This document shows, in pieces, positions 56,411 through 64,000 of a DNA stretch of 64,000 bases. Position 1 is the stretch's first letter. Every line of letters starts with the position of its first letter. The position numbers were made by a program, and so were the translations under genes. Where the stretch lies: the NCBI GenBank assembly GCA_041687355.1, contig JAWLCD010000011.1, positions 2,217 to 66,216 on the forward strand, given 5' to 3'. Below the pieces are notes generated by a model. That model did not search any database. It saw nothing but the letters and a program-made list of their open reading frames with translations, and was not told the origin of the DNA. Origin of the DNA: Clostridia bacterium. Lineage in GTDB: Bacteria > Bacillota > Clostridia > Acetivibrionales > UBA4821.

Positions 56411-56614
56411 TCATACTACTTCATATCCGGCTGTCCTTATCACTTTTTTTATGGTATCGCCATCGGTTTTTTCATCATCAAACGTGATTTTTACGTTACG
56501 GGTTTTAAAATCAAATTCTATGTCGCTGGCACCTGCATTTTTAACGCGGTTTTCAATTTTTTCTGCACAGGATTCACAGTTCATGCCTGGCAGGTTGAAC
56601 TCAACGGCTTTCAT
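56411..56614 (-). CDS. copZ: Heavy-metal-associated (HMA) domain protein, CopZ-like metallochaperone
   Basis: 67 aa with the GMNCESC (MxCxxC) motif and a ferredoxin-like fold length. Confidence 0.8.
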   Translation of the reverse strand: MKAVEFNLPGMNCESCAEKIENRVKNAGASDIEFDFKTRNVKITFDDEKTDGDTIKKVIRTAGYEVV

Positions 56615-56845
56615 AATATTACCTCCAGAACAATTATTATTTTTAAGTCTTACTGCTGAAATACAGCATGTATTATAAGTTATCCAAAATATTGACCTCT
56701 ATTCATATGCTGCAGACGTAGAGGAGGTGTAGAAATAAAAAAGTTGAAAATACCTTTTATTTCACATAGAATTATTCATGACGGTTTAGATTTATTAAAT
56801 GCGAAAAAGCTGAATGACCTACAATAAAGAGGAGTTGAAGCGGTT

Positions 56846-57226
56846 TTGGAATTAACCTGTGGTGTTGATATAATTGAGATAAAACGGGTTAGGAAAGCAG
56901 TTGAGGGTAACAGGGAAAGATTTCTGGGCAAGGTTTTTACACGGGATGAAATTGATTACTGCGAGCAGAGGGCAGCGGCAAAGTACCAGCACTATGCTGC
57001 AAGGTTTGCTGCCAAGGAAGCTGTTGCAAAAGCTCTGGGACTTGGTTTTACAAATGGAATCTGGTGGACCGACATTGAAGTTATAAAAGATCCTAACGGA
57101 AAGCCATCAATCAAGCTTTATGGGCAGGCTGAAGCTACAGCCCAGGTTCTTGGAATCAAGTCTTTAAATATAAGCCTCTCCCACTGCAAAGAATATGCAG
57201 TTGCAAATGCGGTATGCATATTTTAA
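56846..57226 (+). CDS. acpS: Holo-[acyl-carrier-protein] synthase
   Basis: 126 aa from a TTG start, with GVDIIEIKR, FAAKEAVAKA and SLSHCKEYAVA. Confidence 0.9.
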   Translation: MELTCGVDIIEIKRVRKAVEGNRERFLGKVFTRDEIDYCEQRAAAKYQHYAARFAAKEAVAKALGLGFTNGIWWTDIEVIKDPNGKPSIKLYGQAEATAQVLGIKSLNISLSHCKEYAVANAVCIF

Positions 57227-57287
57227 TTACTCTGGACTTTTTATGCAGTTCGATAGTAAAATATAGAAAAATTGAGAGGGTGTTGGT

Positions 57288-58166
57288 ATGGGTGAAAGAT
57301 TAATTTACATTGATGGACAATATTATCCGAAGTCTGAGGCAAAGGTTTCGGTTTTTGACCATGGGTTCCTCTATGGTGATGGGGTTTTTGAAGGAATAAG
57401 AGCATACAACGGACGTATTTTCAAGTGTAAGGAACATATTGACAGGCTTTATATGGGTGCTAAAACTATTGGACTGAGTATCCCGCTCAATAAGACCGAG
57501 ATGACTGAGGCACTGCTTGATATATGCAGGAAGAATGAAATAAGGGATGGGTATATCAGACTGGTGGTTTCCAGAGGCATGGGAGATCTCGGACTGAGCC
57601 CGACCAAATGTCCCAGGCCCAGCGTGGTTATTATTGCCGATTCCATAGTCCTTTACCCGGAAGAAATGTATTCAGAAGGGATGAAGGTTATTACAGCTTC
57701 AACAAGAAGAAATAATCCGTCAGCACTTGACCCTCAGATAAAATCACTGAACTACCTGAACAATATCCTTGCTAAAATTGAGGCTGACAGGGCGGGAGTT
57801 CCCGAAGCCATTATGCTGAATACTGCAGGAGTGGTATGTGAGTGTACAGGGGACAATATCTTCCTGGTTAAGGATGGAGTCCTGATTACCCCTCCACCTT
57901 ATGTGGGAGCCCTTGACGGAATAACCAGAGCAGTTGTCATTGAGCTTGCCGGTAAGCTGGGATATAAGGTGGAGGAAAAAGAGTTTACCTTATACAATGT
58001 TTATAATGCTGATGAATGTTTCTTTACTGGTACTGCTGCAGAAGTTATCGGAGTTACCGAAGTAGATGGCAGGGTAATTGGCTCAGGCATGGCCGGGGAG
58101 ATTACCATGAAATTTATGAATGCTTTTAAAGAGTATACCCAAAGCCAGGGAGAGCCAATTTATTGA
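57288..58166 (+). CDS. ilvE: Branched-chain-amino-acid aminotransferase (class IV)
   Basis: 292 aa with YGDGVFEGIRAY, a PLP-lysine context (IKSLNYLNN) and ECTGDNIF. Confidence 0.9.
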   Translation: MGERLIYIDGQYYPKSEAKVSVFDHGFLYGDGVFEGIRAYNGRIFKCKEHIDRLYMGAKTIGLSIPLNKTEMTEALLDICRKNEIRDGYIRLVVSRGMGDLGLSPTKCPRPSVVIIADSIVLYPEEMYSEGMKVITASTRRNNPSALDPQIKSLNYLNNILAKIEADRAGVPEAIMLNTAGVVCECTGDNIFLVKDGVLITPPPYVGALDGITRAVVIELAGKLGYKVEEKEFTLYNVYNADECFFTGTAAEVIGVTEVDGRVIGSGMAGEITMKFMNAFKEYTQSQGEPIY

Positions 58167-58213
58167 TGCTTTCATTATTATTGACTAACTGCCTATTAAT
58201 GGTAATATATTTA

Positions 58214-58401
58214 TAAACAGGATTCTTGGATTCAGGAGGAGTTTTATTCTCCATCTGAATGTTAGAATCCGTTATCCAGGGACGTAGCGCCGCTTAGACT
58301 ACTAGTCGCTTGATTTCAAAGAAATCTTAGCGATAGTGTCCATCTTTGATGCTCCCACTTGAAGAAGGGGAGAGTCTTAGCGGCGGTAGTCATCGGATAA
58401 A
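58214..58401 (-). repeat. Dispersed structured repeat, copy B (reverse complement of 24780-24968)
   Basis: Manual alignment to copy A gives about a dozen mismatches/indels over ~188 nt. Confidence 0.85.
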
Positions 58402-58431
58402 TAAATAATAATCCAGGGGGTAACAGAACCA

Positions 58432-60606
58432 ATGCCAATTCCAAATCGTGGGCAGGAGGTATCAAAGGTCCCCCAATTCAGACACACTATAGTGTTCAGA
58501 GTTATTATAAGTCTGGTCATTTTAACCCTTAGTACCATCATATGTATAATAGGGTTTTACAGGAGTATGCCTATTCTAATGGTAATAGGCCTTCTGTTTA
58601 TTGGCCTGGTGTTAATTGACGCATTTAAAAGGTTCAACCTGAAACTGATAGCCATTTTGCTTACATTTACTTATGTTCCGGCAGTTGCACTGCTGTGGCC
58701 CCTTGTTCACCACTTCCATTTTCAGATTATTGATAATTCGATATATAGATTGGAATCACTTGCATTTACCAAGGCTACTTACATCGACGAGTGGTTGAAT
58801 CAAAGGGACAACGACCTTCTTTTCCTTGAAGAAAATATTAAGACATTAAATTACGGAATGTCTTCGGAGTCAGGCATTCAGGATAACCAATTATACATTA
58901 GAAAAACCGGTGAACTTCTTGATAAGTTTACAAAATCATCCCCAATTTATAGAGATGTTTTTATTATGGATATGAATGGACAAGCAGTATTGTCTTCCGA
59001 TAATACTGCTGAACCCGGAGATTATTCAATGCTTGTACAAAACTCAAACCTGAGTCGAGAGCTCATTGTTTCAGAGGTATTTCTGGATTCAAGACAGCCT
59101 GTAATTACTGTCTTTAAGACTATTGAATTTGCAGGGGCTGAGCATATTGCAGGAATAAAGTGTAATTTGCTTGGACTGGAAGATGTAATTAATCCAGTAA
59201 CAGGAACTGACAGGCCTGAAGACACGCTTAAGATATCTCTAGTAGATGAAAATGGATATTATACTATTACAAGCGATAAAGAAAACATCCAACCGCTTAA
59301 GTCCAAGATACATAAAAACTTTTCTAAATATCTGCAGCAAATTGGAAATATGGACTTGTATTATTATAATGATAAGGGCTTAAAAACCGTAGGAGCCTAC
59401 AGCAAAGTTAATAAAACAGGATGGTATGTAATCAGTGAGCAGTCTTTCAGGGAAATAATCTATAATGTAGATAAGAACCTGATGGACGTATTTATAATAA
59501 TGATTGTAAACTTTGCTGCTGTTCTGATTTTTGCTCCTGTTTTTTCCAAGGGGATTACCGGTCCTATCCTTAAGATAAGGGACATGGCAATTGAGGGAGC
59601 ATCAGGGAAGCTTGAAGTGCATCACGAAGAGAAAAGGCGTAATATGTTCGAGTATAGGGAAGCTGATGATACCATGAAGGCTTTCAAAAAAATGATTATC
59701 ACACTCGGTGAACTCAAAGAGTCATTGGAATCAAAGGTAGAGGAGAAGACCCGAATGGCAGCGCAGCTTAAAGAATCAAATGAGGAATTAAATGCTCAGC
59801 AGGAAGAGCTTACCTACCTTAATGAAGCTCTTTCAAAGACCAATGACGACCTGAAAGCAGCATACAATGACTTGCAGAAAACACAGACCAAGCTTATTCA
59901 GAATGAAAAAATGGCTTCACTTGGCATGCTTGTGGCCGGAGTGGCCCATGAAATAAACAGTCCGCTTGGTGCTATCAACAGTAATATTGGAAATTATGAG
60001 TCAATAATCAGGAAACTGGAGTCAAAAGCGGGTAATGATGATGAAATAAACAAGATTACTCAGGACCTCAAGACTCTAAACAATATGAATACTCTGGCGT
60101 GTGACAGGATAATAAAAATAGTACGCAGCCTGAAGAGTTTTGCAAGGCTGGATGAAGCGGAGTACAAGCAGGCTGACCTGCATGAAGGTATTGACAATAC
60201 CATTATACTGCTCAATCATAGAATCAAGGACAAGATTAAGATAATAAAAGGGTATGGCGATTTGCCCAGAGTGAATTGTTATGCCGAGCAGCTTAACCAG
60301 GTTTTTATGAATTTACTTATAAATGCTATAGAGTCAATACAGACCGAAGGTACAATACACATAAAAACCTACCATGAGGACAAGAAGATATATATAAAAA
60401 TCAAGGATAATGGTGTAGGTATCAAGAAGGAGCATATTGACAGGATATTTGACCCTGGATTTACAACCAAAGGAGTAGGGGTGGGAACTGGACTTGGATT
60501 GTCAATAGTGTACAATATTATTGAAAACCATAAGGGGAATATCCTGGTGGAAAGCCAGGAAGGCCTTGGGACTGAGTTTACTATTGAGCTGCCCTTGCAG
60601 CAGTAA
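58432..60606 (+). CDS. Sensor histidine kinase with 3-TM/extracytoplasmic Cache-like sensor, HAMP, coiled coil, HisKA and HATPase_c domains; no cognate response regulator adjacent
   Basis: 724 aa with H-box VAGVAHEINSPLG, N-box FMNLLINAIES, G1 KDNGVGI and G2 GTGLGLS. Confidence 0.9.
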   Translation: MPIPNRGQEVSKVPQFRHTIVFRVIISLVILTLSTIICIIGFYRSMPILMVIGLLFIGLVLIDAFKRFNLKLIAILLTFTYVPAVALLWPLVHHFHFQIIDNSIYRLESLAFTKATYIDEWLNQRDNDLLFLEENIKTLNYGMSSESGIQDNQLYIRKTGELLDKFTKSSPIYRDVFIMDMNGQAVLSSDNTAEPGDYSMLVQNSNLSRELIVSEVFLDSRQPVITVFKTIEFAGAEHIAGIKCNLLGLEDVINPVTGTDRPEDTLKISLVDENGYYTITSDKENIQPLKSKIHKNFSKYLQQIGNMDLYYYNDKGLKTVGAYSKVNKTGWYVISEQSFREIIYNVDKNLMDVFIIMIVNFAAVLIFAPVFSKGITGPILKIRDMAIEGASGKLEVHHEEKRRNMFEYREADDTMKAFKKMIITLGELKESLESKVEEKTRMAAQLKESNEELNAQQEELTYLNEALSKTNDDLKAAYNDLQKTQTKLIQNEKMASLGMLVAGVAHEINSPLGAINSNIGNYESIIRKLESKAGNDDEINKITQDLKTLNNMNTLACDRIIKIVRSLKSFARLDEAEYKQADLHEGIDNTIILLNHRIKDKIKIIKGYGDLPRVNCYAEQLNQVFMNLLINAIESIQTEGTIHIKTYHEDKKIYIKIKDNGVGIKKEHIDRIFDPGFTTKGVGVGTGLGLSIVYNIIENHKGNILVESQEGLGTEFTIELPLQQ

Positions 60607-60639
60607 AATGTGAACGGATTGATGGAGTGAGCTGGAGAT

Positions 60640-61044
60640 ATGCAGGGTTTATTAATAGTTTTTGGAGTACTATCATTCCTATTTTATCTGAAGAGTATAG
60701 TGCTTTATCCTACAATAAGATTAATTGATAGACTTGCCGGCAGTCGGGAACAACAGAAACTGGCCAACAGTCCATGGACTTCCAGGCTGCATTGTGCTGC
60801 AGGAAGTCTGTCATTTGTGTTTGCATTACTGCACATAGTGGATAAGCTTGATAAGATAATGCTGACACCGGGTTACATATCGGCTTTCTTATTATTCCTG
60901 ACCGCATTGTCAGGTTTCTTATGGAAGTATATCGATGAAAAAGAATTGATAAGCAGGTATTGGGGATTATTCCATTACCTGTTTACAGTTGGATTCTTCA
61001 TTAGCTTAGTAGTACATATAATTGATAAGATGCGTATATTATAA
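60640..61044 (+). CDS. Four-TM membrane protein with duplicated H-I-[VI]-D-K motif (DUF4405/cytochrome-b-like?)
   Basis: 134 aa made of two similar halves, each ending in LLHIVDKL or VVHIIDKM. Its 3' end overlaps the convergent MCP gene by 6 nt. Confidence 0.55.
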   Translation: MQGLLIVFGVLSFLFYLKSIVLYPTIRLIDRLAGSREQQKLANSPWTSRLHCAAGSLSFVFALLHIVDKLDKIMLTPGYISAFLLFLTALSGFLWKYIDEKELISRYWGLFHYLFTVGFFISLVVHIIDKMRIL

Positions 61045-63078
61045 TAAATTACTACTGGAGTCAGAAATTTCAATATCCAGTTTTTTATTTATGCTGCCGA
61101 GGTAAGCTGCGAACTCATGGGAGTACCGAGATATATCACTAGCGGCTGAAGCTATTTCCTCAATACTGGAATTAATGCTGAGTATGGATTGAGAAATATT
61201 ATCAAATGAACCTTTGGAGACTATGGTAAGGTCCATTCCTTTATTTACTTCAACAATTCCTTCCTCCATTTCCTTAACCACCGCTTCTATATTCGAAATT
61301 ACCTGCTTAATCAGGTCAGATATCTGCTTGGAGGCACTGCTTGACTGTACAGAAAGCTTGCTTATTTCTGAAGCAATAACTGCAAAACCTTGTCCGGATG
61401 AACCTGCTTTTGCCGATTCAATTGTTGCATTTAATGCCAGCAGCTGGGTTTGATTTGCAATATAGCTTATAGTTTCATTTACTGCATCTATGTTTTTTGA
61501 TTGGTGATTCAGTTCATTGGTAAATGTCTGAAGGGTCTTCATTTTTGACGAAATATTTTCCATTTGTTTAGTAGTAAGATTAATAGATTGGTCCCCCTTG
61601 TGCAGAAATTCAGATGAAACTTGCATATTCCCAAGTATTCCACTTGACAGCTCACTGATGTGTTTTATATTATCAATAATCCTGTTCTCATGCTCCACCA
61701 AGTGGGACTGAGTTGCTTTCATTTCATTAAATGCCTGCTCAAGCTTCCGGTTCGACTGTGAAAGGTTATTGTTCAGTACTGACATTTCGTCCTGCTGAGT
61801 ATACAGCTTTTCATTTGCATCTTTAAGCTCCTCAGCTGCAAGGGTTTGTTGTTGTATCCGTGCTTCGAGGGATTGGTTGAGCGTACGGATTTTATTTACC
61901 AAGCTGTTAAAAGCATTAGCCATTCTGTCTATTTCAGCAATTTTAATTATATTAAATCTACTTTTTTTGAATAAAACCGAGAGGTCACCTTCAGATCCCT
62001 TCAGCATCAGCTTTTCCAAGAGAGTGATTGGCTTTGTAAGCCCGAATGAAAACAGAAGGGTAAAAACGATTACTACAACAAACGTTGTTAATAGAACAAC
62101 AAAGGGATTCATGAAAGACCTCTCATGGATTACTGATATCAACTCACTATAATCCTGCTCGGTTATTACATACCAGCCTGTTTTATCTACAGCAGAATAC
62201 GCTCCTATGGCTCTGCTGCCGGTAAAATTCTTATAGAACAAGTCACGGTTATTTATCTGTGAAAGGTAGGATTCAATACTGACACCTATACCGGAAGATT
62301 GAAGCTTGTCTTCAGACCACGCAAGAAAAAAACCGTTACTGTTCACAACATAAGTGTTCACAGTATTGTTTGGAACCCTGTCTGAAAGTTTTAAAGAGCT
62401 TATACTTGAGAAAATACTTGAAAGGTCAAGCTTTGAAGATATAATGAATGACCAATTCTGGTTAGTAACAGGTATGGAAATAACAATTGACGGTTCACCG
62501 GTCTCAAGACCTGCATCATAGATACCGTGCTTTACTTCAGTTACCGTGCCTTCAGCAGTTTTATCAGTAGAAATGAGTATATTCCCTGATGAATCCTGGA
62601 TTGAGATTTCCTTATAAGCCTGTGATGATTCTTTTATATTCTCAATTAGACTGCTGATGTTCTGTTCTCTGACAGATGAATCCCGGGATGTAAAGGGATT
62701 TTCTTTCAATTCATTCAAACTGCCTATCAGTTTGAGGTCTTCCTGTCTTTCCTCTATCCATTCATTTATTTCGTGGGCGTGTTTCTGTGAAGCCAATTCC
62801 AATGTATGCGTAATAGAATTGAGGTTTTCAACGTCGAATTGATGGACTAATGACCAGGCGACAGCTACAAGCGGGACAAGTGCAAATGTTGTAAGCAGTG
62901 CTGCCATCTTAAGCTTGAATTTTCTTATAAATAATATAAGGCACACACCGCTTAAAAACAGACCGGCAACCATAAGCAAAGGCTGTGACGCCGTGAAGCC
63001 TGTGCGGGCAATAATCAATCCTGCAATAACCGGTACAAGTTTCAATACCAAAAGTGCTGCAGTACGTGGATTAGCCAC
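61039..63078 (-). CDS. Methyl-accepting chemotaxis protein carrying the same type of sensor module as the histidine kinase at 58432
   Basis: 679 aa. The N-terminal TM bundle, Cache-like region, HAMP domain and coiled coil are colinear with the HK. The C-terminal MA domain reads [31 protein letters not shown]. Confidence 0.88.
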   Translation of the reverse strand: MANPRTAALLVLKLVPVIAGLIIARTGFTASQPLLMVAGLFLSGVCLILFIRKFKLKMAALLTTFALVPLVAVAWSLVHQFDVENLNSITHTLELASQKHAHEINEWIEERQEDLKLIGSLNELKENPFTSRDSSVREQNISSLIENIKESSQAYKEISIQDSSGNILISTDKTAEGTVTEVKHGIYDAGLETGEPSIVISIPVTNQNWSFIISSKLDLSSIFSSISSLKLSDRVPNNTVNTYVVNSNGFFLAWSEDKLQSSGIGVSIESYLSQINNRDLFYKNFTGSRAIGAYSAVDKTGWYVITEQDYSELISVIHERSFMNPFVVLLTTFVVVIVFTLLFSFGLTKPITLLEKLMLKGSEGDLSVLFKKSRFNIIKIAEIDRMANAFNSLVNKIRTLNQSLEARIQQQTLAAEELKDANEKLYTQQDEMSVLNNNLSQSNRKLEQAFNEMKATQSHLVEHENRIIDNIKHISELSSGILGNMQVSSEFLHKGDQSINLTTKQMENISSKMKTLQTFTNELNHQSKNIDAVNETISYIANQTQLLALNATIESAKAGSSGQGFAVIASEISKLSVQSSSASKQISDLIKQVISNIEAVVKEMEEGIVEVNKGMDLTIVSKGSFDNISQSILSINSSIEEIASAASDISRYSHEFAAYLGSINKKLDIEISDSSSNLL

Positions 63079-63106
63079 TGATAATCACCAACCTTTAAAT
63101 CAATTA

Positions 63107-63736
63107 TTATACAAAAGGCACATCAGAAATAGTTCTGTGCCGGAGTAATGCTTTTCTGACACTGTAGAATTTTAGTATTGAGGAAGCCGTTGTAAATACG
63201 AGTATGCCCAGGTAGAGTGTATATAAAGAATTCAAATCAATACAAAGCAGCTTGCAGGTCAATATTACACACGGAAGGGAGTAAAACAGTGAGCTGGCAA
63301 TCCTTCCGGGGATATCATAATGAAGAACTGTATTATCTTTTAGCTTATGTCCAGACAAGCACCTTTTAACAATTTCCGAGGAAATAAGGAACTCAAAAAA
63401 TTTATACGATGCCAGCATAGTGAGCCAGACAGGAATAATACCCATCAAATTTAGTGCAAGGTAGGAGCAGAAAACAAACAAAAAGTCGCTCCAGACATCC
63501 AGGTAGCTTCCAAATACTGAAGTTTTATTTGTAAGCCGGGCAATCCAGCCGTCCAGGATGTCTGATATCCTAATAAGGATGAATACAAATAATGCAGTAT
63601 TAACGGCAAAATAAACATAAGGAAACTCCGCAGTCAGTCCTTCATATATGAAGAATACAAAAAGAGGTATAAGTAATACCCTTGTCAACGTAATAATATT
63701 CGGTACTGTAAAGTATGTCCTATATACTTTACTCAT
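63107..63736 (-). CDS. CDP-alcohol phosphatidyltransferase family protein (second paralog in the window)
   Basis: 209 aa with motif DILDGWIARLTNKTSVFGSYLDVWSD. Confidence 0.8.
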   Translation of the reverse strand: MSKVYRTYFTVPNIITLTRVLLIPLFVFFIYEGLTAEFPYVYFAVNTALFVFILIRISDILDGWIARLTNKTSVFGSYLDVWSDFLFVFCSYLALNLMGIIPVWLTMLASYKFFEFLISSEIVKRCLSGHKLKDNTVLHYDIPGRIASSLFYSLPCVILTCKLLCIDLNSLYTLYLGILVFTTASSILKFYSVRKALLRHRTISDVPFV

Positions 63737-64000
63737 TTTTCTCCAATCTGTCTACCGAATTCTATGGCTTTATCAGCAGTATAGTCCTTATATCCAAATA
63801 CATGTTTGTTGGAAGCACTTTCTATACCCAGCGCTTTTTCCAGAGGTTCAAACATTGAAGGTTCATTTTGTCCTCCAGCTGTAATGAAAAGGCCGATTTT
63901 CTTTTCTGATGGGTTCTGAAGGGTTCCCATAAACTCAAGCAGTTTTTTCGATGGCTGCAGGTACCATGGTGTGCCGAAAACCATAATATCGAAGCTGGCT
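63733..64000 (-). CDS. Flavodoxin-like protein, C-terminal part (5' end outside the window)
   Basis: The reading frame is open to the window end. It has a flavodoxin-type C-terminal sequence (VFGTPWYLQPSKKLLEFM ... IGLFITAGG). Its stop overlaps the start of the downstream gene (ATGA). Confidence 0.65.
   Translation of the reverse strand, partial: ASFDIMVFGTPWYLQPSKKLLEFMGTLQNPSEKKIGLFITAGGQNEPSMFEPLEKALGIESASNKHVFGYKDYTADKAIEFGRQIGEK

Noticed and set aside
24780-58401. A 33-kb segment bounded by inverted copies of the 188-bp repeat, considered as a composite mobile element or invertible segment
   Set aside because: The interval is filled with essential housekeeping genes (ileS, cysS, lysA, nifSU, gcv, comEC). 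No transposase or recombinase is present. The repeats are more plausibly independent dispersed copies.
1-64000. CRISPR arrays, rRNA genes, intact IS elements or transposases, integrases and prophage blocks
   Set aside because: I scanned for regularly spaced direct repeats, rRNA-like conserved blocks and transposase or integrase motifs and found none. The only mobile-element-like traces are the small repeats and the tRNA-like relic reported above.

Overview
This 64-kb window looks like chromosome from a low-GC, spore-forming anaerobic Firmicute (Clostridia-like). The evidence is T-box leaders, CotS/BofC-type sporulation genes, and nifS-nifU and gcvPA/PB gene organisation. No species call is possible from sequence alone.

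Most of the window is core metabolism and information processing:
- purH (partial) and purD
- an ArsR-type regulator with a small membrane protein
- a T-box leader, a small membrane ORF and valS
- a dGTPase-like HD protein
- asp23-amaP-DUF2273-nusB-xseA-xseB-ispA, then a PAP2-like gene, a ~617-nt highly structured non-coding RNA, a small polytopic membrane protein and dxs
- a LexA-box controlled LysM (YneA-like) gene
- a tetraprenyl-beta-curcumene-synthase-family gene convergent with a long-chain polyprenyl synthase
- a homocysteine methyltransferase-family gene, pgsA and tRNA-Pro(CGG)
- a small, less conserved stretch at 23-29.7 kb: an orphan PLP enzyme, a Zn-ADH, a ZIP transporter, a PRTase-like protein and hypotheticals
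- comEC
- a c-di-AMP riboswitch in front of an SH3b/NlpC-P60 hydrolase
- capA
- a T-box leader, ileS and aroB
- nifS-nifU-mnmA
- a PilZ-receiver fusion
- cysS, lysA and ispE
- a CotS-like kinase
- gcvT-H-PA-PB
- two MCPs, copZ, acpS, ilvE and an orphan histidine kinase
- a second CDP-alcohol phosphatidyltransferase and a flavodoxin (partial)

The most notable element is the OLE-like RNA with an OapA-like partner at 14.26-15.6 kb. This is a known but poorly understood RNP class.

Other items worth follow-up:
- a histidine kinase and an MCP that share one sensor module and flank a bis-His 4-TM protein
- a ~188-bp structured dispersed repeat present twice in inverted orientation
- a tRNA-3'-half-like relic bracketed by 25-bp direct repeats
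- an unclassifiable two-gene operon wedged between valS and dgt
- an SOS-box/YneA-like module with no adjacent lexA

I saw no CRISPR array, no intact IS or transposase, and no rRNA. All family assignments rest on reading motifs by eye. No database search was run.
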